64,000 nucleotides of DNA from Macrostomum hystrix (Eukaryota; Animalia; Platyhelminthes): assembly GCA_950097015.1 (NCBI GenBank), contig CATNEN010000038.1, positions 11,222,001 through 11,286,000 on the forward strand, given 5' to 3'. A program made the translations under genes and the position numbers. Shown one piece after another: positions 12,345 to 25,104 of the stretch. The notes beneath the pieces are model-generated. The model had not been told where the DNA came from, ran no database searches, and worked only from the letters and a program-made list of their open reading frames with translations. How positions within the stretch are numbered: position 1 is the stretch's first letter; each line of letters begins with the position of its first letter.

Positions 12345-14362
12345 AGGAGATAGGGAAGAGTGGGTGGAGAAAGTGGGAGATAGGGGAATGGGGATCGAGA
12401 GAGTGGGAGATAGGGGAGAGTGGGTGGAGAAAGTGGGAGATAGGGGAATGGGGATCAAGAGAGTGGGAGATAGGGGAGATGGGATCGAGAGAGTGGGAGA
12501 TAGGGGAATGGGGATCGAGAGAGTCGGAGATAGGGGAGATGGGATCGAGAGAGTGGGAGATAGGGGAGATGGGATCGAGAGAGTGGGAGATAGGGGAGAT
12601 GGGATCGAGAGAGTGGGAGATAGGGGAGATGGGATCGAGAGAGTGGGTGATAGGGGAGATGGGATCGAGAGAGTGGGATATAGGGGAATGGGGATCGAGA
12701 GAGTGGGTGATAGGGGAGATGGGATCGAGAGAGTGGGAGATAGGGGAGATGGGATCGAGAGAGTGGGAGATAGGGGAGATGGGGATCGAGAGAGTGGGAG
12801 ATAGGGGAGATGGGATCGAGAGAGTGGGAGATAGGGGAGATGGGATCGAGAGAGTGGGAGATAGGGGAGATGGGATCGAGAGAGTGGGAGATAGGGGAGA
12901 TGGGATCGAGAGAGTGGGAGATAGGGGAATGGGGATCGAGAGAGTGGGAGATAGGGGAAAGGGGATCGATAGAGTGGGAGATAGGGGAGATGGGATCGAG
13001 AGAGTGGGAGATAGGGGAGATGGGGATCGAGAGAGTGGGAGATAGGGGAGATGGGATCGAGAGAGTGGGAGATAGGTAATGGGGATCAAGAGAGTGGGAG
13101 ATAGGGGAGATGGGATCGAGAGAGTGGGAGATAGGGGAATGGGGATCGAGAGAGTCGGAGATAGGGGAGATGGGATCGAGAGAGTGGGAGATAGGGGAGA
13201 TGGGATCGAGAGAGTGGGAGATAGGGGAGATGGGATCGAGAGAGTGGGAGATAGGGGAGATGGGATCGAGAGAGTGGGAGATAGGGGAGATGGGATCGAG
13301 AGAGTGGGAGATAGGGGAATGGGGATCGAGAGAGTGGGAGATAGGGGAGAGTGGGTGGAGAAAGTGGGAGATAGGGGAATGGGGATCAAGAGAGTGGGAG
13401 ATAGGGGAGATGGGATCGAGAGAGTGGGAGATAGGGGAATGGGGATCGAGAGAGTCGGAGATAGGGGAGATGGGATCGAGAGAGTGGGAGATAGGGGAGA
13501 TGGGATCGAGAGAGTGGGAGATAGGGGAGATGGGATCGAGAGAGTGGGAGATAGGGGAGATGGGATCGAGAGAGTGGGAGATAGGGGAGATGGGATCGAG
13601 AGAGTGGGAGATAGGGGAGATGGGATCGAGAGAGTGGGAGATAGGGGAGATGGGATCGAGAGAGTGGGAGATAGGGGAATGGGGATCGAGAGAGTGTGAG
13701 ATAGGGGAATGGGGATCGAGAGAGTGGGAGATAGGGGAGATGGGATCCAGAAAATGGGTGATAGGGGATCGAGAGAGTGGGAGATAGGGGAGATGGGATC
13801 GAGAGAGTGGGAGATAGGGGAGATGGGATCGAGAGAGTGGGAGATAGGGGAATGGGGATCGAGAGAGTGGGAGATAGCGGAGATGGGATCGAGAGAGTGG
13901 GAGATAGGGGAATGGGGATCGAGAGAGTCGGAGATAGGGGAGATGGGATCGAGAGAGTGGGAGATAGGGGAGATGGGATCGAGAGAGTGGGAGATAGGGG
14001 AGATGGGATCGAGAGAGTGGGAGATAGGGGAGATGGGATCGAGAGAGTGGGAGATAGGGGAGATGGGATCGAGAGAGTGGGAGATAGGGGAGATGGGATC
14101 GAAAGAGTGGGAGATAGGGGAATGGGGATCGAGAGAGTCGGAGATAGGGGAGATGGGATCGAGAGAGTGGGAGATAGGGGAGATGAGATCGAGAGAGTGG
14201 GAGATAGGGGAAAGGGGATCGAGAGAGTGGGAGATAGGGAAGGTGGGATCCAGAGAATGGGTGATAGGGGATCGAGAGAGTGGGAGATAAGGTAAAGGGG
14301 ATCGATAGAGTGGGAGATAGGGGAGATGGGATCGAGAGAGTGGGAGATATGGGAGACGGGAT
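12345..14362. repeat. 30-bp purine-rich minisatellite (gggatcgagagagtgggagataggggagat)
   Basis: About 67 tandem units with indel variants. Confidence 0.97.
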
Positions 14363-15257
14363 AGGCAAAGGGGAAGAAAAGGTCGATGTCTTACTCCTGC
14401 TATCATCTCGACCCCTTTTCCATACACTCATCGTAAAAAAATGATAACAATGCCACCAAAAAACGGTTTTCGAGTAGATTGCATTGGCAATTATAACAAT
14501 AGACAATTATGATCATTATTCTTTGTCGCGTGGTCTACTATTTGACACTTGAGTATTGGAAAAGTACTGAATTTCCTCCTCCATTAGGATTATTGCATCA
14601 CCATAAAATAATATTTCATACTCATAAGCTTGCATATCGCACCTTCAGTTATGAAAACAATGAAATGTGAGGAAATGTATTTTTCATAGGGTAAGTTAAG
14701 CCAAAAGCGGTTTATTAATAATGGGAAAATTGGTGTTCAGCATTTTCACCTAAAAAAAACGGAACGAACGGGGTCTAGCTGGTACCGCTAGAGGGCAAAT
14801 TTTTGTTAATAACAAAAAAAATGTTTGTGAAACTTGAGACCAATGACATAACCGAGTTATAAACTTGCCCAAATAACCAACGATGACTTTTTCGTGCTTG
14901 GTGTGGGATATATTGGGACATTGTTTGCGTGTCACAGGGACTTATCGAACCATTTTTCGGCCTGTTACTGAACAAACTGGATATAGTCAATAGGTTCTTG
15001 GCTAAGCAGGAATAGACACCATTGTTGGATTTTGCTTGCAAGGTCTATTTACCAAGTTGTACACCTGATCTCTAAGTAAAGCAGGAAATTTATACTACAG
15101 TTTGACTAACCGATTCCTAGTGTTCGTTCTTCTTGAAAGAAATTAGAAGAATTTAATCGCGTTTAGTTAATCAGGTCTCACCTGTGTTGTGATGCAGGCA
15201 AGATCAACAAATGGCTGGTGTGCTCAACGCTTGCTTAAAATAGGGACTCAAATATAG

Positions 15258-15535
15258 GGAGAGGTTGTAGAGCGTCGGACTCCAGACTTGAAGGTTGGGG
15301 GTTCGATTCCTGACTACACTTGAACAATTGGTGTCTTTTAGCAAGACACTTAACTCTGCATTGCTTCAGTTCGCCCAGCTGTGAAATGGGTGCCAGCATC
15401 GGCTGGGGTAATTAAGGGTGGGTGTGGCGTCCCCCCAGTCCATGGACTGAACAGCTGTACGCAGCCTTCAGATGCGCCTTACAATAGCAGCGGCTGTACT
15501 GTCGGTGGCACATCTGACCCAATTGCGGCAGGTGT
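15258..15535 (+). mobile_element. tRNA-derived CORE-type SINE (family A), near full length
   Basis: tRNA-like head gtagagcgtcggactccagacttgaaggttgggggttcgattcc, then gtgtcttttagcaagacacttaactctgcattgcttcagttcgcccagctgtgaaatggg (resembles the MIR/CORE domain), then the family tail. Flanked by a direct repeat atagggactcaaatata (about 15240 and 15557), a likely TSD. Confidence 0.85.
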
Positions 15536-16444
15536 AATCAATTATTAATATTTATTATAGGGACTCAAATATAAAAGAAGAAGAAAATTAAATACTCGTA
15601 TATAGCAGGGAAAAAATTTAGAAGATTAGGCAAAATATGGCTTAAAACTATAACGAAAGGATATGTAAGGATTATAGTAAACAAATCCTTGGAACCACCT
15701 GTTACTGTCCCGCTGTTTCCGAATACTTTAGTTCAACTGTGCTCAGCAGGGGGACTCACACTTTCAAGCAAACTTTAATGCCGGCCTCTTTGATGTTTAC
15801 CGACAGGGGCAAGGTGCACGTTTAGTCCTCTAAATCACTGTTGCTAATTTTTTGTTTTATTTTTTTACGGTCAATTTTCTCAGTGTTTTGCACCTGCAAT
15901 AAATATTTTTCTTTGTCGGTAAATTTTCGCTACTCAATGCATGTGTGCCACTGGTGTCCGTCTTTGAAAACTGATCGTGCCATGTTGCGTCATTGATGCC
16001 AAAGTATTCCATCTGAGAATAATTAGCTGAGACATGTCTATGCTGGCCAATATTTTTGGTATCTATGGCACCAAAAAACCGCACGAACTTACTGGGGCAA
16101 CGCTTCCGCCTGTTTGACTTCTAACAAAGTGAACAATTCTGCGCGCCCGGATTGTAAAGCGATACGACGAAGGGGCTGGCGTGCACGTCTGTCACTGTCT
16201 GATCAATAAATGCATCAAAATTCAATATTACATTTGCGAGTTGGATGGCATAGGAACAAATGTTGTTAATTTTTAGATTGTCTGGCTCGATAGTCGGCAA
16301 GAATCAAATAACTAATTTGGGCTGGGTTGAAAAACGCTTTTAACAACTCACCTGATCCTTGCTCTGGTGAAGCCTAATGAGGTGATTAGGACTCAAACTG
16401 TAGGACTAATATAGAGATTGGTGAATTATATACCCGTAATAAAC

Positions 16445-17340
16445 CAAGGGAAGAAAGGGAGGCAGAGGGTGAGGGTGAGAGAGAAGGGAGAGAAACAGAG
16501 AGAGAAGAGAGGAGAGAGGAGAGAGGAGAGAGGTGAGAAAGAGAGAGACAGGGAGAGAGAAAGGAGAGAAAGAGAGAGGGATAGAGGAGAGGGAGAGAGA
16601 GAGGGAGAGAGAGGGATAGAGGAGAGGGAGAGAGAGGGATAGAGGAGAGGGAGAGAGAGGGATAGAGGAGAGGGCGAGAGAGGGAGAGAGAGGGATAGAG
16701 GAGAGGGAGAGAGAGGGATAGAGGAGAGGGAGAGAGAGGGATAGAGGAGAGGGAGAGAGAGGGATAGAGGAGAGGGAGAGAGAGGGATAGAGGAGAGGGA
16801 GAGAGAGGGATAGAGGAGAGGGAGAGAGAGGGATAGAGGAGAGGGAGAGAGAGGGATAGAGGAGAGGGAGAGAGAGGGATAGAGGAGAGGGAGAGAGAGG
16901 GATAGAGGAGAGGGAGAGAGAGGGATAGAGGAGAGGGAGAGAGAGGGAGAGAGAGGGATAGACGAGAGGGCGAGAGAGGGATAGAGGAGAGGGAGAGAGA
17001 GGGATAGAGGAGAGGGAGAGAGAGGGAGAGAGAGGGATAGAGGAGAGGGAGAGAGAGGGAGAGAGAGGGATAGAGGAGAGGGAGAGAGAGGGATAGAGGA
17101 GAGGGCGAGAGAGGCATAGAGGAGAGGGCGAGAGAGGGAGAGAGAGGGATAGAGGAGAGGGCGAGAGAGGGAGAGAGAGGGATAGACGAGAGGGCGAGAG
17201 AGGGAGAGAGAGGGATAGAGGAGAGGGAGAGAGAGGGATAGAGGAGAGGGAGAGAGAGGGATAGAGGAGAGGGAGAGAGAGGGATAGAGGAGAGGGAGAG
17301 AGAGGGATAGGGGAGAGGGAGAGGGAGAGGTCCAGAGAGG
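16445..17340. repeat. GA-rich ~22-bp minisatellite (gggatagaggagagggagagaga)
   Basis: Tandem purine-rich units. Confidence 0.95.
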
Positions 17341-17424
17341 GGACGAGTGAGAATGGGAGAGAGAATAGAAAATATACAGGTAGATACGAGCCAGAAGTAT
17401 AACCTAGCCCAGGTGGGGCCAGAT

Positions 17425-17512
17425 GTACAGCCAATGGCCAGCCGCAGCTGTTTAGCGCCTCGCTCACAGAGGCCGCGTACAGCTGTTCAGTCCGTGGACT
17501 GGGGAAAGCCAC
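17425..17512 (-). mobile_element. SINE family A tail fragment
   Basis: gcgtacagctgttcagtccgtggactgggg matches the reversed family tail. Confidence 0.6.
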
Positions 17513-18311
17513 ATTCCAAAGCTCCTAGCTTATATCAGTGTAAAATGAATCAGGTTTTCTCATGCTAACGTTACTAGCAGGCACTGCGACATCGTGCCAT
17601 ACTACACAACACGACTGTAGAGTTCATGATGAAATTGTGTTAATCCTTTAACTGTATTTTTCCTGTTCATAACACTTTGCGGACAAAGGTGCGAGATCGG
17701 TGTTTGGTGAGAACACTCGATGAGTCGATTGTGAAGTGGGCAGAGATAATTGCGCAACAACAACCCCCCGCCTCGATGAAAAGTTGAGATTGTTCAGCAA
17801 TGTCGATCTAAAAAAACCGTGGGCCATCTCACCTATCTTTGGTGAGATGCTTTTTTTCTCCCATTTTTTGCCCCTCTTTGCCTTGCCCCAGCCGTGGAGG
17901 TGCGAAAACTGAATGAAAACGGCGACCCCCCGGCTTATTAATAAACAGCTGCTCGCACACGTTATACGATAAGGCACAGAAATAGCTGTATATGATTTCA
18001 CACCTGGGCCCAAGCGGACCCAAAATATTTCTTCGCACATTCTTGGCTCACACTGATCCTAATCTTATTGAAATCGAGATTTGTTTAACAAATTTTGGCC
18101 TGTAGGTTGAGTACTATGCTCGAAATCTGAGACCTTTATCGAAACATCACAGATTCTGAAATGATATATAGGAGAACCAAATAGAATCTGATTGTCATCA
18201 AGGTGTGGATCCTGCTGCGAGATTGCAAAAGCTGCGAACATATTTAATTGTGTTGTGAGTGTTCAAAGCATGGATCAATGCATGTCTGTGTTTCTTTTGT
18301 GATCGTAGTTG

Positions 18312-18852
18312 AAGCGGTCATAGCGGTCATAGCGGTCATAGCGGTCATAGCGGTCATAGCAGTCATAGCGGTCATAGCAGTCATAGCGGTCATAACAGTC
18401 AAAGAAGTTATAACAGTCAAAGCAGTCATAGCAGTCATAGCGGTCATAGCGGTCATAGCGGCCTTAGCAGTCATAGAGGTCATAGCAGTCATAGCGGTTA
18501 TAGCGGTCATAGCGGTCATAGCGGTCATAGCAGTCATTGCGGTCATAACAGTCAAAGCAGTCGTAACAGTCATAGCGGTCATAACAGTCAAAGCAGTCAT
18601 AACAGTCAATGCAGTCATAACAGTCATAGCGGTCATAGCAGTCATAGCGGTCATAACAGTCAAAGCAGTCATAACAGTCAATGCAGTCATAACAGTCATA
18701 GCGGTCATAGCAGTCATAGCGGTCATAGCGGTCATAGCGGCCTTAGCGGTCATAGAGGTCATAGCAGTCATAACAGTCATAGCGGTCATATCAGTCAAAG
18801 CAGTCATAACAGTCAATGCAGTCATAGCAGTCATAGCGGTCATAAACAGTCA
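18312..18852. repeat. 9-bp minisatellite (gcggtcata)
   Basis: Tandem units; source of the VIA/MTA pseudo-ORFs. Confidence 0.95.
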
Positions 18853-18964
18853 GAGCAGTTAAGGCAGCTTTGCCTAACAAAATGACCTTGACTTCACCAA
18901 ACTGGCTTATTCCACCCCCGCTGCGTACGTGCCAAAATTGGTTTCGTTTCGTTCCGGCCAGACG

Positions 18965-19005
18965 TCTCATTGGCTGGCGGGCCAGCTAGTCGCTCATTGG
19001 TTGGC
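18965..19005. promoter_or_regulatory. Paired inverted CCAAT boxes, likely promoter of the PDZ gene
   Basis: ATTGG at 18969 and 18996, upstream of a probable non-coding exon ending at donor gtaaga (19255). Confidence 0.4.
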
Positions 19006-19292
19006 AAGCAATTTCGCCACGGGGGTAAATGAAGGATGGAGGTGGGGACAGACTATAAAGCAACGGCCAAAAGCCAACAACTGCTCACAATTCCTCCAGC
19101 GCTGACTTCCTTTATTATTATTTTTTCTCCTCAATCGATAAGCTATATCGATACAAGTCAAACTATTATAGCAACTAAAATTCGGCAGATTCCGTCGTGC
19201 TATATCGAAGCAAGCCTTCACTCAGCCTTTGAGTCTATTTTCAATACGTTTCTGGTAAGAATTTATATACCTTATATGCTTTATTTGTCTCT

Positions 19293-19763
19293 TATCTACC
19301 TGTCACATATCTACCTGTCACATATCTACCTGTCACATATCTACCTGTCACATATCTACCTGTCACATATCTACCTGTCACATATCTACCTGTCACATAT
19401 CTACCTGTCACATATCTACCTGTCACATATCTACCTGTCACATATCTACCTGTCACATATCTACCTGTCACATACCTACCTGTCACATATCTACCTGTCA
19501 CATATCTACCTGTCACATATCTACCTGTCACATATCTACCTGTCACATATCTACCTGTCACAAATCTACCTGTCACATATCTACCTGTCACATATCTACC
19601 TGTCACATATCTACCTGTCACATATCTACCTGTCACATATCTACCTGTCACATATCTACCTGTCACATATCTACCTGTCACATATCTACCTGTCACATAT
19701 CTACCTGTCACATATCTACCTGTCACATATCTACCTGTCACATATCTACCTGTCACATATCTA
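19293..19763. repeat. 15-bp minisatellite (atctacctgtcacat), intronic
   Basis: About 31 nearly perfect units between donor 19255 and acceptor 19839. Confidence 0.97.
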
Positions 19764-19853
19764 ACTGTCTCTCTTAAAGATAAAAACAAGTTGAAGTAAC
19801 ATCTAACGTCAGCCACCTTCGTATTTCGTTTCTCAACAGGAAGCATCTTCAAC

Positions 19854-21217
19854 ATGCTAGCTCACGCATCGCAGCAGCATCAGCAGCAGCAACAGCAGCA
19901 GTTGCAACTGCCGCCTCAGCTGACTCAGTCGCTGCTCATGCGCCGCCTTGCTGGCAATCGCTGCGTCGGCGACATCGCAGCCGTCGACAGCCGACAACGT
20001 CAGCAGACTCAGCTGCAGCCGCTTCGAGCGGATCACAGCCTGCTGCTGCAGCCGTCGACGAGCTTCAACCGAAAGCGTCGCCAATCGTCCATGTCACCGC
20101 CGCCGCCCTCGACTCCGACGCCGTCGACGCCGCAGCAGCAGCAGCAGCTGGCAATCGATGGCACGCCGCCCATCGCCAAGATGGCCCGACTGCGTCCATC
20201 GGCTTCCGGCATCGCCACCAACCCGCACTATCGACGTCGGTCGCAGATCCTAACCTCTACGTCGACAGCAGCGTCAACCTCGATTTCAACATCTTCGATG
20301 GTCACCAACGTCTCATGCGACGCTCAGACTAGCCCGATTCGGCCGACTCAACCGCCTACGCTGTCGCAGCCGCAGCAGCCGCCAAAGACCCCATTGGGCG
20401 GCTGGGCCCGCTCGGCCAGGCACAAAATTGCCAGCCGCATCCGTCGCAGCCTCAGCGCTTCCAGGTTGGCAGCTGCCGCGGCTGCGAGCACCGTCAGCTC
20501 CGACGTCAAGGACGACACGCCGAAGCGGGCCAGGCGGGAGAAGTCTTCGTCGCTTCACCGCCTGATGCAGAGGCTGACAGGAACGCCGACATCGGCAAAG
20601 AAGCCGCGTCAGCCGGTGTCCGCGGCTGCGGCCGCATCATCGCCAACGACAGTCGGGCAGCGGTCTTCGTCGCCGCGCGGTCGTGTGCTGCGTCTCGGCG
20701 CCGACGGAACCCGCCTCGTGCGACTGCAGCGGCCGCGGGGCGCGAGATTCGGCTTCTTTGTTGCCAGGCGACAGCCCAATGGTGGTGAGTTTCTTATCTA
20801 CCTGTCTCTTATCTACCTGTCTCTTATCTACCTGTCTCTTATCTACCTGTCTCTTATCTACCTGTCTCTTATCTACCTGTCTCTTATCTACCTGTCTCTT
20901 ATCTACCTGTCTCTTATCTACCTGTCTCTTATCTACCTGTCTCTTATCTACCTGTCTCTTATCTACCTGTCTCTTATCTACCTGTCTCTTATCTACCATT
21001 CCACTAATTGATTTGCCTCCATTTTTCAGCCGTGTTTGTGAGCCGTTTCAACGAGCCAAAAGACCAACTGCGCTACCAGTCAGTGCTCTGCGCAGGCGAC
21101 CAGATCCTGGAGATTCAAGGCCTGCCGACAGACACCATGGACCTGGCTGACATCTGTTCCTCCATTGCCGACTGTAGAACCCTGGTTCTTAGAGTGCGCA
21201 GTGAGTTTGCATGGTAA
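19854..21217 (+). CDS. PDZ-domain protein, KIAA1614/Par-6-like PDZ with low-complexity N-terminus; exons 19854-20784, 21030-21217
   Basis: Phase-1 GT..AG intron joins GRVLRLGADGTRLVRLQRPRGARFGFFVARRQPNG to AVFVSRF...VLCAGDQILEIQG...LVLRVR (PDZ FGF and GDxILEING motifs). ATG lies just after acceptor 19839; AATAAA at about 21363. Confidence 0.85.
20793..20997. repeat. 15-bp minisatellite (atctacctgtctctt), intronic
   Basis: About 13 perfect units filling most of the PDZ gene coding intron. Confidence 0.97.
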
Positions 21218-21861
21218 CTAGAACAAACTCGATAGATCGACCCCTGACTTGTTCAATTTTATCTCAGTCTGTTTTTAATTCACTTACTCTGCGCCCGTTA
21301 CAAAATTGCATTTCGCTACTTGAATACATATCCGATATGAAATTATTTAATCAAAGCCTGTAAATAAATCTATTTTACGTGACCATGTTAAGTACTCGTA
21401 GTAAATGGTGCTGAGTTTTAATCCTGCACAGTTTTTTATTTCTGGTTTCAATTTATGCATTGCGTACAATCGCAGCGTTGAGCAACCATCTATTATCGAC
21501 TATCGTTTAATCCCATCCCATTTGCTTTACTCGTTTTCAAATACATAGCTTCGCAGAATCGTGATTTTATAAAATCTACAAATAAATGAAAAAACATCGT
21601 TTTTGGATATTTTGTCCTATTCGAAATTCGAATATTCTAAATCATAAAACAAGTATTTAGTCAATCCACAGCAAAAATTAATGCTAAGTGAGCCGTTTCA
21701 ACACTGTTTTGGGATAGGAACACTTACGTGTACTTTAAGTCATCCAAAATTCCGGACATTAGGCGCTCAGATTCAGCGTTTAAAATCAAAACTGAAAAGA
21801 TTACCGAACTTATATTCTGATTGGCACTATAAATATTGAGAAAATCCAGCGTAGCTGCAGC

Positions 21862-21933
21862 GGTCCCATGGTGTAGCGGTTAGCACTCAGGACTCTGAAT
21901 CCTGCGACCCGAGTTCGAGTCTCGGTGGGACCT
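21862..21933 (+). tRNA. trnQ-CTG: tRNA-Gln (anticodon CTG)
   Basis: Complete cloverleaf: GGTCCCA/TGGGACC acceptor stem, CAGGA-CT-CTG-AA-TCCTG anticodon arm, GTTCGAGT T-loop; TTTT Pol III terminator just downstream. Confidence 0.97.
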
Positions 21934-24164
21934 TATTTTGTTTTCCATTTTTCGGATTAGTGTGAATGGCAGAAGAATGCGAGTTAAATATATATTTTTA
22001 TACATATTAAGTCTCTGATTGAACTTCATTTTTATAAGTGTCTTTCGCTTATGTTCGAATTTCCTTAAAGTCATGAAATATCACGTCAACAAAAAATAAA
22101 TTATTTTTTAGAAACGCAAAAAAATGAATTAAATCCAATTCTGTTGTCTTGTGATTAGTATTTTTATGCCTTCCACATTCGTTCGTAAACTATCAGAGTA
22201 AGTCAAATGAAGGTGTTTGCGTTTCTTCTAGTCTCGTTAAATCGATTAACCGATATGTATCGAAATAGTCAAGTTAATGATAGACACGAAAGTATATTGT
22301 CGTTAGTCATAACAGTAGAATACCTTTAGGGAGAAGACCAAGTACGAAAATTTTTATTCTTTAAATCTCCTAAAATGTCTCGTGAAAGTCCACTTCTCGT
22401 GAAAGCGGCACACTTTGATCCGCATCATGAAGTAGACAGGGGTATTTGAAATACCCCACGTGGTTTTCACCCAAGGGAAATAAATTAGCATAAAAATCTA
22501 GTATTTTCATAGTAACCGTTGCCAAGCAAACATGCAGCGCTGATTTCTTAAACACAAAAACTATAGATCACCTCCTGCTGCGAACCAATACTAAACAGGA
22601 GATAACTTCAGTTCAGCCGATGTCCTAGTCAATTCTTATTGCACATTGATTAAAAATATGCAAATTTGGACAATAATTAAAGCCCACAGTCACCCACAAT
22701 GTGTCAAGCAACAAAGACTGGCATAATTAAAACGAAATGTTACAATCGTACAAAGAATTCGTTGCCATGCGGCTGATCTGCTAAAGAGTCTAGTTTTACA
22801 CGCGCAACAGACACAATACATCAACAGCAGCTGACCCCAAATCACTCATCCCTAGTCCAAGACATCGATTTCATCTAATTAGCCTTCAAAACTTTAGCAT
22901 AACTGTACGTGCATGATAGTTGTTGCGTAATCTGGACTAATATATTGTGGACAAAAATTCTCCCAGCAACAGGAAATTGTTTATAGCTGAAGCAAAATTT
23001 TACAGAAATCTCCTTTTAAAATCCAAAGACAGCGAAGATATTGATCAAGTCATTGCTTAGCAACTGGCACGAGTCGAATTATAACTATCACGGTGTCATA
23101 TCTATAATTCTAGCCAGCCGTAGACAACTTTCGGCCAAAGCCTCGCAGTCCATGGACTGAACAGTTGTAAATTAACTGGTATAAATACAATTTACTCATA
23201 TTCTATCGCGCGTGGCACAAGCACGAAATCCTATTTTTCCTCATTCAGTCTTTGTCCCAGATTTGAGCCCCTTGATTCATTATCCGAGCCATTGTGAAAG
23301 TATTTATTTTGCATGGCAGTAAATTTTGTGCTTGAACTGTTAAATCAAGATTTGTTATAACAGATAAGTCTTCAGGGGTTTTTGACTTCTGACTTTGGAA
23401 TCCAACAAAAACAAACACACCAATTCAGTTCCAATTTACTGAAGTAGGCCGGACCATCGGGTTTTCAATTTATATACAGAAGAAACAACGGGTCTTTGTT
23501 ATACATCCCATTGGGACAAAGGGGAGGCCAACACTTTCCATATTTATTAGTCCCACTGCAGCACGCGACTCGGTGTTCGGTTGAATCAATAGTCCACTTC
23601 AACAAGTGACTCCCCGGCCCGGTTGTTAATATACAGATGCAATTTATGACCGCCTCCCAGGAGAAAAACACTGCATATACAGTTTCTGGCGTCGATAAAT
23701 TTATTGGACAGGGTATATTAGTTTGTGCCCTCTCCTGGGAAATAGGGCCATTGTCCTCCCTCAATCAGGTAAAAGTTAAGTGGCCATAAGCCGACCAACA
23801 GGAAATTTTACAGCCCCATCGAACAATCCGTCTTTGTTTTAGAAGATCTTAATTTCCTCTTTACTGCTGCATCCAACACTTTGCTATAGTTTTGTCTGCT
23901 ATAGTTCGAGGAAATCTTCCGCTTAATTGGGGTCTCTCTCGGAAGGGAATAGCCTTATTGAAAAACGGTCTTCTTTTTAATCTCTTTTTTCTAGGAGGTG
24001 AAGGAAGTTTAGGGATTTCATTCAAAAAGGGTTTTATGCAGTTGGGATTTTCTTCCCGTGGCAATTTCATACAAAGGGATTTCTTTTAGATAGGATTCTT
24101 TCCGGAAGGATTTCCTCAGTCAGAAATTTCTGCTCAATGACTTATAATAATAATGAAAATAGAC

Positions 24165-24540
24165 GTTGCAGGAGAGCTGCGGGCAATGGCACATCGTTTG
24201 GTGACACTTGACCTGCAGCCAGCGAGGAGGCAATTCTGCCCATTTCGCTGAGTCCTGAGCACACACGCACACAGACACCGTACGCAGGCACACGCTCACA
24301 CAGGTGTGTACATCTGCCCTGACACTGTCTGTCTCATCGTCAGGCAGTGTACACTCTCACTGTGCCTTGGAGGTTAGCCCCACCTTGAATTATCCCAGCT
24401 TATGCTGGTACAGCTGGGTGAACTGAAGCATTGCAGAGTTCAGTGTCTAAATGGACTCAAATTGTTCCATTGGGGTCTGGAATCGAACCCACAACCTTTA
24501 AGTCATGTGTCCGACACTCTAACCACTAGGCTACAACCTA
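24165..24540 (-). mobile_element. Chimeric SINE: family A tRNA+CORE head fused to family B 3' body
   Basis: 24540-24395 matches the family A head/CORE; 24385-24165 matches the 3040-3190 body of family B. Confidence 0.7.
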
Positions 24541-25104
24541 ATCTGAATTCTCGTCTCGTCTCGTCATCTCGGTGTTAGGAATATCCGACAGTGGTTTTCC
24601 AACCTGGAAGGTCGTTCGGAGTATCTATAGTTTCGGAGTTCCCATTCAAAGTGACTTCAAAGCAGATTTTGTTGAAATCACCAGCTTGACTTGGCGTGTG
24701 CGTGTCTAAACGGTTGGGTCTATAGTTAACAGCCTGGCTAATTAACACGCCTACCGAGTTGTCCTGTATTTGGAGCATGGAAAATCTCTATAAATTCAAG
24801 TTTTCGCACGCGTGACTCACAGCTTGCGGTGTCAGCTCGATGACGGAAGCAGCTTCGGGTTTCTTCTGGTTCACAGTGCGACCATGCAGTCCTGGCGACA
24901 CATGGGACAGCTTTCAGTGTGGGAAAACACAGAAGTTTTAATCCAAGAGTTCCCCTCTAACCTAGTTAGGCACACGACACACGCCAACATCTGCCGTGTG
25001 CCTCAAACTTTTTCCAAAATTGGTTAAAGGGAATTAAAAAAACTAAGCTATTAGATTTAAGCTACTGTTAGTAGACAAATTGCGAATTGCGAGAAATACG
25101 CTAT

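Noticed and set aside
10234-14506. Long ORFs (WDENG, HSHPI, GDRGDGIERV, PISHSLD repeats)
   Set aside because: 15- and 30-bp tandem repeats open in several frames on both strands, with frame-breaking indels and no splice or start context.
15258-15320. tRNA-Trp/Met-like genes at SINE heads (also 37505, 2520-2585, 24480-24540)
   Set aside because: Acceptor stems do not pair, anticodons vary between copies, and each continues into the SINE body.
22000-24150. Short ORFs in AT-rich intergenic DNA
   Set aside because: No recognisable motifs, codon bias or consistent splice structure.
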